DNA of 62,398 nucleotides, filler included, from Globobulimina sp. (lineage: Eukaryota): NCBI GenBank assembly GCA_003354225.1. It is 28 parts of 28 records of this genome, joined end to end, with 100 filler letters (N's around TTAATTAATTAA, not from the genome) between each part and the next. Parts side by side here need not be neighbours in the genome. Positions count along the whole stretch, not along the records: positions 1 to 2,134 come from PIVH01008734.1; positions 2,235 to 4,368 come from PIVH01008735.1; positions 4,469 to 6,602 come from PIVH01008736.1; positions 6,703 to 8,836 come from PIVH01008737.1; positions 8,937 to 11,070 come from PIVH01008738.1; positions 11,171 to 13,303 come from PIVH01008739.1; 22 more parts are not named here. One strand, written 5' to 3'. Both the position numbers and the translations under genes were made by a program. Positions 1-11,772 of this stretch are shown piece by piece. Numbering within the stretch: the stretch's first letter is position 1; every line of letters begins with the position of its first letter. The notes beneath the pieces are model-generated. The model had not been told where the DNA came from. It did not search any database and saw only the letters and a list, made by a program, of their open reading frames with translations.

Positions 1-237
1 TACCTGAAACGTGGTACATAATAATAATGCCAGTATCGAGACGCCAGCCAATAATGGGAAATATTATAAAAGGGAAAGTAGGCCAGCCTAAATATGTCGA
101 TAGACAAGAAAAGAGTCGCGGATAATGTCCAAAAACGAGATTTTTGAAAACAGGTTATAGATAGAGATTGGGCAAAAACGCAAGGGCGTCAACCTACCAA
201 TATGATGTACATTGCCAGAAACTACATGACGATAACG

Positions 238-769
238 CCGCTATGATATATAGCAGAGGCGATCTGTATATTTTATAGTAAAAAACAAACATAACAATGT
301 AACAAATAGCAATTTTTTTATATCAAAATCCCAAAGTCTCAGAAGTGAGACAGAAATCGTATGAGCACTCGGCGATCGACCGTTTGTTATGTACTAATAT
401 TAATAATAAATTTGTTCAATTTTCAAATCTGCTTAAGATGTCGCCTCTATAATTGACCGGTAGTTCCAGAATTTCTTTTAAAAAGGTTATAACGTGCACA
501 GACCCTTTACTAATGATATGTAACGTATCCGACACGAATTTGTCTTTGTCAGGACCGTTTCCTAACTTGAAACGCTCAGCAATGTCCACATATACACAAT
601 TGAATTGCTCACATAGAGATTTTAGGATTTTACACAGTCTCACCAACGTTTGGAGTGTATTTTCCGGAAGCGAAGACACGACATCACTTTTCCTGGTTAA
701 AAAAAGTTATAGCACGTCAACCAATGTTTGACGGCAACCCCCGCTATGATATATAGTAGAGGCGATCTG
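238..769. repeat. 29-bp direct repeat pair (238-266 and 741-769)
   Basis: CCGCTATGATATATAG(C/T)AGAGGCGATCTG, 28/29 identical. Each copy is followed downstream by GTGAGACAGAA and GCGATCGA. Confidence 0.85.
416..679 (-). pseudogene. Fragment resembling the C-terminal half of an SGNH/GDSL hydrolase
   Basis: LKSLCEQFNCVYVD...F...DTLH...G resembles SGNH block V (DxxH). No N-terminal GDS motif and no ATG start. Confidence 0.35.
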
Positions 770-2134
770 GAGGCGCACCTACCGATCTTGGTTAAAAACA
801 CCCTAATCTAGCCAAAGGTTTATCGCATGTGAGACAGAAGCAAAACTAGCTACTGACAGCATTTCACTATAACGCGATCGAGAGCGTTTTGACCGTAGAG
901 ACGTCTGGCGCGGGGCGACAGAAAATAACGAGTCAGACATTTAAAAATATCTCTTGTTAAAATGATCAACTCACGTTAATGAATAGCTCAGCTGTAGCGT
1001 GTATTACTGAAAACGTGATGAGTATACGTCAAAATACCCATAAAATCACAACGTTTACAGAAATGCACACCACAACTAAGAATTTAAGTGAAAATAAATG
1101 TAGAATTCGGTATGATTACAGAAATACTAGACTGATAGCCAGTTTCTTGTGTTTAACATTTAGAAACGGGTGTATTACTGTAAACGTAGCGAATATTTTA
1201 TGGTTATATGTAAACATGCCATTTAGTAACGGAATTCATGCAATCAATATTACAGGCGTCAATCGATTAATATTTCAGGAAACATTTAAATTATTAGATT
1301 GGCAACAGCTATTTCACGCATCAATCTCTACCGAATTTATAAAAATGGGGTGCTATGCACATGTCTGCATTGTCCTACACCATTTCATCGTTCTGACATA
1401 GGAAGATAACAGACCCTAGAACGTGTTTACTAGAAGTATAGTAACAAAACGTTTTGACAAATCTAATTTAATGATATTATCAGACCGAAGTGGTATGACA
1501 CAGCTCGATCCACCGCTATATACTATTACTGCAAGTATTTATTGCATAAATAAATTTACCCATTTCAACGGTATGAGGTTTTTGTCAATAATAAAACCTA
1601 GTCATTTCCAAATTTTTATTAACCAAAGAGTCTGTCATGTACATTGCCAATAGCAAATGATGTAAAGTTATATAAATATAATGCAGCATTATTCAACATT
1701 TCAAAAGTGAGGTCTAGTATTGTGAATAGAGGAGGTCTAACAGACACGTAGTCGATATAAGCATACAAGTGTAGGACCCCCACGCTAGATCAGTACCCGG
1801 TCGATATCACCCCTTACATATAAATCAGACACAGTGATAGCGAATAAGGCGTTCGGCTTAAGGCCCGATAGACCGGCAACGCAACGATACACGTAACCCA
1901 GCATATAAAACCTTTACAACATTTATAAAGTCAAACGTATTCGACCAATTCTGGATGAATAAATATGTAGCACAAAAATACTGTAGCCGACTATAATAAG
2001 GTGTATATTAGTAATGAAATCCTAAATAACATGGACGAAGAAGAATTATCAATTGCAGAATGATGCACCGTTATATAAATTTATTACAACATTCTTCATC
2101 ATTTCAAATCGAGAGTTCTAGTAATGTGTACAGA

Positions 2135-2234
2135 NNNNNNNNNNNNNNNNNNNNNNNNNNNNNNNNNNNNNNNNNNNNTTAATTAATTAANNNNNNNNNN
2201 NNNNNNNNNNNNNNNNNNNNNNNNNNNNNNNNNN
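2135..2234. other. Artificial contig linker (44 N + TTAATTAATTAA + 44 N), first of 27
   Basis: Identical 100-bp linkers start at 2135, 4369, 6603, 8837, 11071, 13304, 15537, 17770, 20003, 22236, 24468, 26700, 28932, 31164, 33396, 35628, 37860, 40091, 42322, 44553, 46784, 49015, 51246, 53477, 55708, 57939 and 60169. The 12-mer puts stops in all six frames. Contig lengths fall monotonically from 2134 to 2130. Confidence 0.99.
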
Positions 2235-4082
2235 ATCATTTCGTAAGTTAACGCCTTTTCATGTTTATATCTCTTTTCATTATACTTCCGATATAATAAA
2301 TAATATACTATGGTAAATATAAGAAATCCAAATGTTAAAAATATATAATACGGATGATCGCGAATAACCAACACAAATAAAGTTACCACCAATATACATT
2401 TGACCATAGTAATCAGCCATGCTACAAACATGCCGCCAGGCACTTTATATGGCCGCGGTGTATTTGGTTCGGTATATCTTAATCTTAAAAACGAACATAA
2501 CTCCACCACCCACGTAATAGCATTAATCAGTACCGATGCTTGCAATAAAAGCTCAAAATCAAATGCGACCAAACCACAACATATCACTGATTGTAATATA
2601 ACACCGCGGACCGGAGCGCCTGTTCTATCCCAAATAGTGCCACATAGCCATTGAGGCAGCATCCCTATACGTATTCGCCTCATAGCCTCAGTATCTATAT
2701 TTCCACCATAAAAAAGTCCATCTCTCGATTCTATATTTCCAACTATATCCATATTATCATCATAAAAAAGCCCATCACCCGATTCTATATACATTTTGCC
2801 GTTCTGTGTCAACAACACAAACGGCTGAGATAACGCCCAAAACGCACGTGCTTGCACACTCATCTCAGCCACGTATATTGCATAATTGGATACGAATCCG
2901 CTGACTGCGACGGCCCAACCCAAACCTGGCAATATTTGATGATATGCCGTGTATAAATAGCCGTCATCCCAACAGGTATCTGTATCCTTACAGGGCACTG
3001 TCAGAGCACCTAAAACCGGGAGAGTATAACCAATATAATCCAACAGCATTGCTACGACAAATGCGGCAAAAAAGTTAGATTTTTTAAACCCAATCTCTGC
3101 CGACAAACAACCTGTAGAATCCCATCCTGTTTTGGTTGCTTTTTGCTGTCAAATTATGTATCAAATAGTATCAGTACAATACCTGTATGCAACCACACCA
3201 TTGTTGCTAAAAACAAACCAAACTGATACTGCTGCTCTTCATTCTGAGGCGTTGTGTCAAACCACGCACTCACATTGGTCTGCGGCAACGCGTAGAAGAA
3301 GCCAATAAAAAACGGCAACAGTATAATAACAGCAAATAAAATTGCCGAATTGCCCAATGTTGTGATGTTTGCGATATTGAACAACGCGCCGATTACAATG
3401 AGGAAAACACATAATAAATACTCTTCGATCCACGTAAATTCAAAATCAAAATCATTGAATATCAGTTTCTTGAAATAAAACAGCATTAATATTATATATA
3501 TAGGAATATCTAGGTATGTGTGTAATTTTTTTTTGTTGAAAAAGATAAAAAAAAGCAAGTGTAAAATATGTGAGTGAAACGAATATACCTTTTGCCATTC
3601 CAACAATACATCCGACAGCGTTATAAAAGCCAAAAAAATGGCCAAGTTTGTCATGTTCAAACCCACGAAAAACCCAAACAATGTACCCGTGATGGCTTGG
3701 CATCATTGACCCTAATTCTGCACCTGAGTGTTTTTCACTTTTTTAAGAGCAGAGTGTGGACGGCATAACAGAGTGAAGAGGGCGTACTCACACATTAATG
3801 ATTGAGGGATTGAATAAATGAATGGCAATACCATGAGACCAATTAGAGTGTATAACACACCGCCGGACTGCACTGCTTCTTCAATACCATATGGTCCCGC
3901 ACCTATTCACAGACACAGATTATAATCAATTTCAATATGTACGTGATAACATGCAAAAAATAAAAATAAGTTAATTGAGTGCATGCTTAACATGTGAGCG
4001 TAAATATGACCATAGATAACTGTGCAAATGATAATTTTTTCTGTTTCGAGTGTTGTGTGTTTGCTGCGTCGGACTCTTCCAT
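2235..4082 (-). CDS. APC-superfamily polyamine/amino acid transporter (PUT/RMV1/POT1-like), 5 exons, 3' end cut by the contig edge
   Basis: ATG at 4082 (MEESDAAN...). GT-AG introns 3903-3991, 3724-3791, 3510-3588 and 3127-3182 splice in frame to give CAGPYGIEEAV, IPQSLMCAELGSMMP, GWDSTGCLSAE and FLRLRYTEPNTPRPYKVPGG, with many hydrophobic segments. Confidence 0.9.
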
Positions 4083-4468
4083 GATTGGCCAAATTAATTC
4101 GATGTACGCTCTGTTTGATGTGTGATCGATTGATATTTTAAGAACAAAGAGCAATGTTAAATGTTAGCTTCCTATGTTTAATATAATTATTACAAAGAGC
4201 ACAGCAACGTATATCATTGCAGACGTATTGGGCTATACTTTTAATCTGTCAATGCATGAGTGACATTATGTTGCTCTTCGATGATAATAAGTGACATTAT
4301 GTGCTTATGCTGATTTGTATAAAATCAAACCTTTATACGTCTGATTTTGATTTGATTCTATTTTTTTTNNNNNNNNNNNNNNNNNNNNNNNNNNNNNNNN
4401 NNNNNNNNNNNNTTAATTAATTAANNNNNNNNNNNNNNNNNNNNNNNNNNNNNNNNNNNNNNNNNNNN

Positions 4469-4719
4469 GATTGAGTGTGGAGTTAGAGTTTTGTGGTAAT
4501 TACGAAGAACCGAAATTGGTGATTTGTTTAAATGAATTTCTGGATGGTTTTGTTAAATGTGATGGACAAATTGTATTGAAAATGATGATGGAGCCATTGA
4601 CAAAGATGTGGTGTGTACCCAATAAGAATGAACAAATGCAAGATAAGGATGTTAAGTTGTTATGGCGTGTTGGTAATGATAATGATAATCAACAGGATGA
4701 TGTTAAAACAGATGAATGA
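4469..4719 (+). CDS. 3' end of a protein; resembles the C-terminal tail of some protist class IV sirtuins (tentative)
   Basis: Open from the contig edge. Motif LEFCGNYEEP...MEPLTKMW. No catalytic domain is visible. Confidence 0.3.
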
Positions 4720-4894
4720 AACCATTTCAAATTCACCCACGCATATTAATATTTTATGTTCGTTATGACAAAATATGTATTGTTGTAATCGAATAAAGCA
4801 ATAATTAAATTATAATTTGTGTGGCTTCCCAGCAAAAGAATCCTTTGCGCACGCTTTCTGGAACTTGCATGATCCACAGATCCACAGACCCAGC

Positions 4895-5812
4895 ATGTCT
4901 ACAAAGAAAAGGAGATTTGATGAGATAGACATAACATCAGATATCGATGTGCTCACTGACGATGATACTCTTCCTCCCAAAAAACAGCGAAAGAATCCTG
5001 TTCATGAAATGCTGCCAATATTCCAAGATGGTTATGATTTGGATAGACAATATTTTGCAAAATTATTGAAAACCATTGAGCAATGCGAATTGATCAAGAT
5101 ATTAAATATTCCACATGTTATTACCAGCCAAATGGCTGAATTTGCAACAGGACAATTTCAAATCTGTTCAACTACAAATTGTGCGGAAACAATATCCATT
5201 TTATATCAACATCAAGAATTTGATTATTCTGATTTCCCAAAGAAATTTGGATATAAATATAGTGCTGTTGGGAATTCTTATTTTTGTAATAAATGCATGG
5301 ATACGGTTGGACGTTCTGAATGTGGATGTCTTAAGGAAGGATGTGGTGATTGCATTTGTGTAACAGGTGGACTTTTTAGAATATCAGAATGTGATCAATG
5401 TGTTAAATGTAAGAGTATATATCCAAACTGTGAGTGTGGTTGGGAATGTCATCAGTTTATGGAATGTGCGAATTGTAACTCAATATATTGTAATTGGAGC
5501 GACGACTGTCATTTAGGCGGCAAATCATGCATAGGATGTACTGATTGGTTTTGTAACATTGGTGAGTGTATGAATAAATGGAAAAATTATACAGAAGCAA
5601 TTTGTAATGATTGTTATTGTGATTCAATTATTCAATGCAAGAAATGCAACACGGAATTTCAAATGAAATGTAAAACTAACACATGGATTGAACCGCGTCC
5701 TATTTCGGACCATGACTGTCAAGTATTTCTATGTAGGAATTGCTCAACAAAGTTAAATGTTTACGGTATTGTGATTTGTGAGATATGTAATAGATTATGG
5801 AAAGTTAAATAA
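4895..5812 (+). CDS. Cysteine-rich hypothetical protein with an NLS-like N-terminus
   Basis: First ATG 4895 (MSTKKRR...PPKKQRK). More than 30 Cys in the C-terminal two-thirds, many as CxxC. Confidence 0.75.
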   Translation: MSTKKRRFDEIDITSDIDVLTDDDTLPPKKQRKNPVHEMLPIFQDGYDLDRQYFAKLLKTIEQCELIKILNIPHVITSQMAEFATGQFQICSTTNCAETISILYQHQEFDYSDFPKKFGYKYSAVGNSYFCNKCMDTVGRSECGCLKEGCGDCICVTGGLFRISECDQCVKCKSIYPNCECGWECHQFMECANCNSIYCNWSDDCHLGGKSCIGCTDWFCNIGECMNKWKNYTEAICNDCYCDSIIQCKKCNTEFQMKCKTNTWIEPRPISDHDCQVFLCRNCSTKLNVYGIVICEICNRLWKVK

Positions 5813-5889
5813 TAAATACATCCTCTTAAAGTTTTTGCTAGAAAAGTCACTCAGTTTACAAACAGCACTCACCCATATAAATACCAAAA

Positions 5890-6602
5890 ATGGATATCAT
5901 ATTACCTATTTTCCTTTTATTTGTATTTATTTATTGCATCCAATACAACATAGCAACAACAGCACCAGAAACACCATTACCGCCAACAGCAGCAAATATT
6001 GATTTTACTTCAATCAATTTAAAGTGGGATCATCCGCCGAGTATTACAAATATAACAGAATGTGTAGTAAAAGGCACCAAAACCACAGATAACAGTTTAC
6101 AGACAATATATCGTGGAATAGAAAGTGAATTTAATTATACAAATTTAGACAATGCAACGGCGTATACTTTTGCATTAATTTGTGAAAATACCTGTTGTTG
6201 GTCATCCTATTCACAATCGGTTGTATACAGTACATTATCAGCACCACATTTCTGTGATGCAAACGTTAACGCAGATAACATATGGGAAGAAATATGGTCT
6301 TCCAATTATTCCAACAGCACCAATATTAATAATATATATACAATTACTGACTTATATAATGATGAATGCATATTATCTCATGATGGCGAAACAAATCCAA
6401 GATACCAAATAGATCCACTTTGTTCATCACAATGTGCCGTTGAAGAAGCAACCGATTATTTTGAATATGTGAGACAAACTGGAATCAAATTAATTGCCAC
6501 CAAATCCTCTACAGAATCATATGTTGTTGCTGCAAATTCAAACTATAAAAATAACAATATAGCACCGATAAATGTACTCACTGTACTAAATAGCGATGAT
6601 TT
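5890..6602 (+). CDS. Secreted or surface protein with a fibronectin type III domain, 3' partial
   Basis: Hydrophobic signal peptide. APETPLPP...SINLKWDHP...IYRG...NLDNATAYTF...WSSYS matches the FN3 pattern. Confidence 0.8.
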
Positions 6603-6702
6603 NNNNNNNNNNNNNNNNNNNNNNNNNNNNNNNNNNNNNNNNNNNNTTAATTAATTAANNNNNNNNNNNNNNNNNNNNNNNNNNNNNNNNNNNNNNNNNN
6701 NN

Positions 6703-8635
6703 TTGTTTAAATTATTGAAATGTTATCAGTTAAGTGGCTACAATGCAGCTGAGGCGATGGGGGATGATTTATATGATAATCAGTTTGTAAATAAGGCATT
6801 TGTCAAGCAAATGAATCCTGACTCAGACTCCAGTGACGCGGATAAGGAGATGGTGAGTGTGGAGATATTGGCGTGCAAGATATTGCATAAAATATTGTCA
6901 TATTCGGACATTGCAGATAAATTATTGCTTTCTGACGAGTTGGATGTGATCGGTATATTGGTCGGCTTATTATTTCAACATCAAAACAACATCGATTTGA
7001 TAATCTATATACTGGACATATTTAGTAAGGTTAGCAAGGATAATGAAGACATTCGAGAGCTGTTGTTATCGCCGGATTATTTCGATAAGTTTCTGCGGTC
7101 ATTGGATGTTTGGTGGGTTGTTTTCATTAAATCATCGCTGTTGGCGCATGGATTGGATGTGGATGGAAGTATGAATGTAAAAAATGCCATGCTAGGTCTG
7201 ATATATTTTATTTTTAACAAAAACAATGTCAATATTTACTAATTTACACAAAGGGTTCCATGTATTATCGACGGAGTGTATGGGTGCGGTGGGTACCAAA
7301 AGCAGTGTGAATACAGAATTGCATATCGAAGTTGTGAATGCAATGCTGAAATTTTTCCAGATTTTATCTGAAACGAATGGGTTTGATATGGTGGCGTATG
7401 GTATCAATGACCGCATACTTGTCTTATTGGACTATTATGTAAATATGTCGTCGCAGTATGATAATGAGGGCGGCGATGATGATGATTTGTTTATTTTTAA
7501 TGACAAACAACATCAGGAATGTTTAAGTTTGTGTATGGAATGCATTTCTAACCTGGCCACAGATATCAATATGTTGTTAGAATTTGTCTGCAGTGGAACG
7601 GTGGAAAAGTTAAGTACGATTTGTTGGAGCTTCCGGCATTGTTCTGTGATGATTAAGAAATGTTGCAATGTGATCAATAAATTATTAAAATTACAACAAT
7701 CGGGTCGAGAAATTGTAAAAAGGAAACAAAATGTATTAAAACCGCTGATATGTTGTATCAAATATTTGTTTAAAAAAGCATTTGTTGACAATAATATTAA
7801 TGGTGGCGTGCAATTAATTATTGCATATAAAATATTTCCAAATAATAATAATAGTGATATGTTGAGAGAGTATGAGAGCGACGATGATGAATACGAGTAT
7901 GAAACAGATGAGTATGAGGAGGATGAGAGTGAATATTCAGACTCAGAACAAACAGACAGCAAAGAAGAAGAAACATTCGCACAAAATAAAAAGGCAATTT
8001 TTCAACGAAAAGTACGCGTTGCAACTGGCACTACGAACAGACACAGCCAACATATGTCACGTGGGATACATGCAAATCTACGAGATTTGAAAGATTTATT
8101 TAGTGTATTTACAAATATTTCATGTTTCGATGAACTTTGTGTGGAAACCATTGAATCGGATTTAATGTTGTTACTAATCGAATTATTGTCAAATAAAATG
8201 TTATTAATTCACAGTCATATGATGATGTCATTGGTGGTTAGTGATTTATTGCAACATTTGACTAAAAATAAGAAAGGGGCCAAGTTATTGATTGAATCCA
8301 ATCAGTTTGCAATCAGCAAACATATTTGTAATGCCATTGAAAATAATATCGATAATCGAGGTGTTGTGCTGAAATATTTGCGAGCTTTGCAAAATTTGAA
8401 AAATGCGAATCCACAAATATTAAAACAACAATTAATCCGAAATAAATGTATTGATTTCTTAAATAACGTTGATGTTCAATATCAAACTGTATTCAATCAA
8501 ATGATTCACCAAATATTAAATGATGATCGTCAAAGTGCTGAGGAATGTGATGAGGAATGTGATGAGGATGAGGAGGAGGAGGAAAGTGAAGAAGAAGAAA
8601 GCAATGATCCTCATAGTCATAGTCAAAAACAATAA
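6703..8635 (+). CDS. Armadillo/HEAT-like alpha-helical repeat protein with acidic tracts, 5' partial
   Basis: ORFs 6703-7242 and 7226-8635 join in frame through GT-AG intron 7196-7253. Leu/Ile-rich amphipathic helices and D/E runs. Confidence 0.7.
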
Positions 8636-8936
8636 ACCAATTCATATTATTTTTTAATATATTTTTATAAATATTTTTTTGAGATATTCAGCGTATATTA
8701 TCATCATTATTAATTTTTGTTGTTTTTTTTGTGTATCTTGGTGTATCAAATTGTTATAAAATTATATTTTGCTAACAAGTAAACAAGATACAAAAACAAA
8801 TATATTATCTCTTTTTTGTTAAATTAAAACTCTTTTNNNNNNNNNNNNNNNNNNNNNNNNNNNNNNNNNNNNNNNNNNNNTTAATTAATTAANNNNNNNN
8901 NNNNNNNNNNNNNNNNNNNNNNNNNNNNNNNNNNNN

Positions 8937-10830
8937 TTTAAAATATGGGTGTTTGGGTTATAATGTGAATGAAAATGATATTGAATGTTGTGTTAAATAT
9001 GAAATAAAAGTGTTTGGGTGGAATTATAAGAATGAAAATATAATAACAAGAGAGAATATAACAGTAATTGAAGCATTACAGAATGGAATTGATTATAAAT
9101 TTAAAATCAGAGCATTTAATAAATATGGTACGTCACAATGGACCCCATTCATATTATTAATACCATTAAAGAAACCATACAAACCATCTAATTTACATTT
9201 AGTTGTTGGCGCAGAATCGATTTCAATTTTTTGGGTTTCTTTCGATAATATGGCTGAAAAGTATCTTTCTGCCAAATTTCTGCTTATTTCTGATCCACAA
9301 ACTGCAGATATTATAAGTGAAACAAAATTAAAAGCTGAATTTAAGAAATCTGATGGCTTACAGGATGATATTGATTATAAATTTAAAGTAATTGCATTGA
9401 ATAATAATTTCAAAATCGAAAGTGATTGGACAGAACCAGTTAAATTGGAAAAAAATAAAATACACAGTATTTACAGACAAGAAAAGCGAGAAACCATGCA
9501 AAGAATATATGAAATCCATACAAAGCTATCAAAACAAAGAAATACAGCTTTAGAAAACAACGATGGTGATTCTGCAGAACAGGATAAGAGAGCTGCCAAT
9601 TTAAAGAGAGCACAACAACAATTAAGAAAACAACAAAGAAGTAAACCCATAATATTTGCAGCAGAAACTGAGGATACATTAGCGCTGGAAACAGAAATCA
9701 AAAACAATGAGTTAAAGTATGGCCAGCCACAAAATGATGAAAACAACGATGATGAAAAAAAAGAAAATCAAAATAATATTAATAAAAACGGAGGGAAAGT
9801 TATTGAAAACATAAAAAAACGAATGAAACAAGTTAAACAACATGAAAATTATAAAAAAATGCGAGAAAATAATAAATTAACAGATAACGAGTTGATGGCA
9901 CTTGTGTATTATTGTGATGACGAAGGTAGAAATAAAACAAACCACTTTGACTCGCAAGAACATTTTAAAAAATGGCCAAAAACATATTATTATGCATCTG
10001 CTGCAATGGTGAAGATCCATAAAGTTTTTCATTTTGAAAATGATGAATTTAAAAAATGTTCCACAAAGAATAAGCGGAAAATGCTATTTCATGGCAGTAT
10101 AATCAAAGCATTGGATACTGTTTCTAGGAATGAATTGGATTTAAAAACACTTACTTGGTTTACTGGTAAATTTGCAATGGCCAAATCATTTACAGGCGAT
10201 ACAGGATTAATATTAGTGATTGAGGATGCTTATAATGCATTGTATCGTGGTTTATTAAAAGGCGGCGATGTGGGATGGCTTTCAAAATGGGGAGAAGATG
10301 AATTTATTGTTTTACCGGCAAAATATAAAGGATTTGAAAGAATGGAACAAAAAGAAACTGAAGGAACATATAAATGGATTATTAATGCAGAGCAGCAGCA
10401 TGTTTATATATGTTCCGAGTATTCGTTTAATAATTCATTCAATGTAAGGGAAGAATTGAAGTTATGGTTGATTAATGAGGTTAAATTGGGTCAGTATTAT
10501 GGGATTTTGATACAAAATGGATATGATAGTTTAGAATCAATGAAAACAGTAAGAACCCAAGTTCTGCAACAAATTGGTGTTAATGTACGTGGTGATTTAC
10601 TCCAACTAATGAAGCATGTGGCGAAATTGAGGGACGATGTGGACGATGCAGTCAAAACTTGGCTAAAAAGATTAAATATGGATCAATATTATAAATCATT
10701 TGTGGACAATGGATATGGTGATTTAGAGTCTATTTCGTATGTTACGAACAACAATTTGCAACAAATGGGTATTACTAACATGGAACATCGGAGTAAAATC
10801 ATTGAAAATGCTAACGAAATTGGGCAGTGA
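8937..10830 (+). CDS. FN3-FN3 / coiled coil / ADP-ribosyltransferase-like / SAM-SAM protein, 5' partial
   Basis: FN3: YKFKIRAFNKYGTSQW and YKFKVIALN. ART-like: ELMALVYYC, LFHG, LTWFT...AKSF, LILVI, DVGWLSKWGEDEFIVLP. Two SAM-like repeats: WL..VKLGQYY..L..NGYDSLE and WLKRLNMDQYYKSFVDNGYGDL...LQQMGI...HRSKI. Confidence 0.75.
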
Positions 10831-11294
10831 AATGTTATTATTTGTATGTTCTTTGTTTTTTATTGTTAATTTTCAACGTATTATTGTTAATTTTCAACGT
10901 ACTAATATTTATGCTTGTGTGCTCAACTAACGAAAAACTTTGAATCATGCAACTATGTCAACTTGGTTTCAAACGTAGTGTCTCAATTAGTCCAAGCATC
11001 TATTGTACCACTCGTAATTGCTCCAAGTATGCCAACTATCAACGGAATTATAGATATAAACATAAATATANNNNNNNNNNNNNNNNNNNNNNNNNNNNNN
11101 NNNNNNNNNNNNNNTTAATTAATTAANNNNNNNNNNNNNNNNNNNNNNNNNNNNNNNNNNNNNNNNNNNNGAGGTGATTGTGGGTTGTGACTCTCACAAT
11201 TCTTGTATGAGGTCACCAAGATACAGCGTTGCTTTAAAATAAAGCTTTTTTTCCTTTCAAGACTCTCTCGAACGTCGAGCGTATGGTTTAAGTA

Positions 11295-11441
11295 AAGAGC
11301 ATCCGGTCTTCAGCGTCAGATTTTTATTGGGGTAAGGTGTCAGCAAACCGTTTCTGGTGACTGATAAAGGTAAAAATAATATAGGTTTGCTTTCGTTTCT
11401 CAGAAACAATAAAAATCTGACGCTGAAAACCGGATGCTCTT
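11295..11441. mobile_element. MITE-like element with 35-bp terminal inverted repeats
   Basis: 11295-11329 (AAGAGCATCCGGTCTTCAGCGTCAGATTTTTATTG) and 11407-11441 are 34/35 reverse-complementary. The 77-bp core is non-coding. No clean target-site duplication. Confidence 0.6.
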
Positions 11442-11772
11442 ATACTTTACTTGAAAGGTTTTCACAGAATCAGGACTTACAAACCCTAGGCAATTTTTGG
11501 CCATTGCGCGAAAATGCTGATATTACCTTCAAAAATTCTTAAAGCAATGGTTGCAAGGAAGAAAAATGAGCAATTAGTGAAATGAAATCTTAACAAACAA
11601 TGAATACATCTACAGAATATTATTTTAATTCTGGTTATGCAATTTAATGTAGCTGGTGTTACTAACCGCTGTTTCGCAACTTATAACCTCGCGTGCATGA
11701 AAAACAAATAAAAGTGTTCAATTGCAAAACCACAACAGAATTAAAAATTAAACTCAACATTTAATCTGACAA

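Noticed and set aside
979-1653. ORFs 979-1401 and 1423-1653 as genes
   Set aside because: No recognisable motifs or coding-like composition.
10861-10901. 21-bp tandem duplication TATTGTTAATTTTCAACGTA after the ART-SAM gene
   Set aside because: A simple local slippage duplication in a 3' UTR with no further structure.
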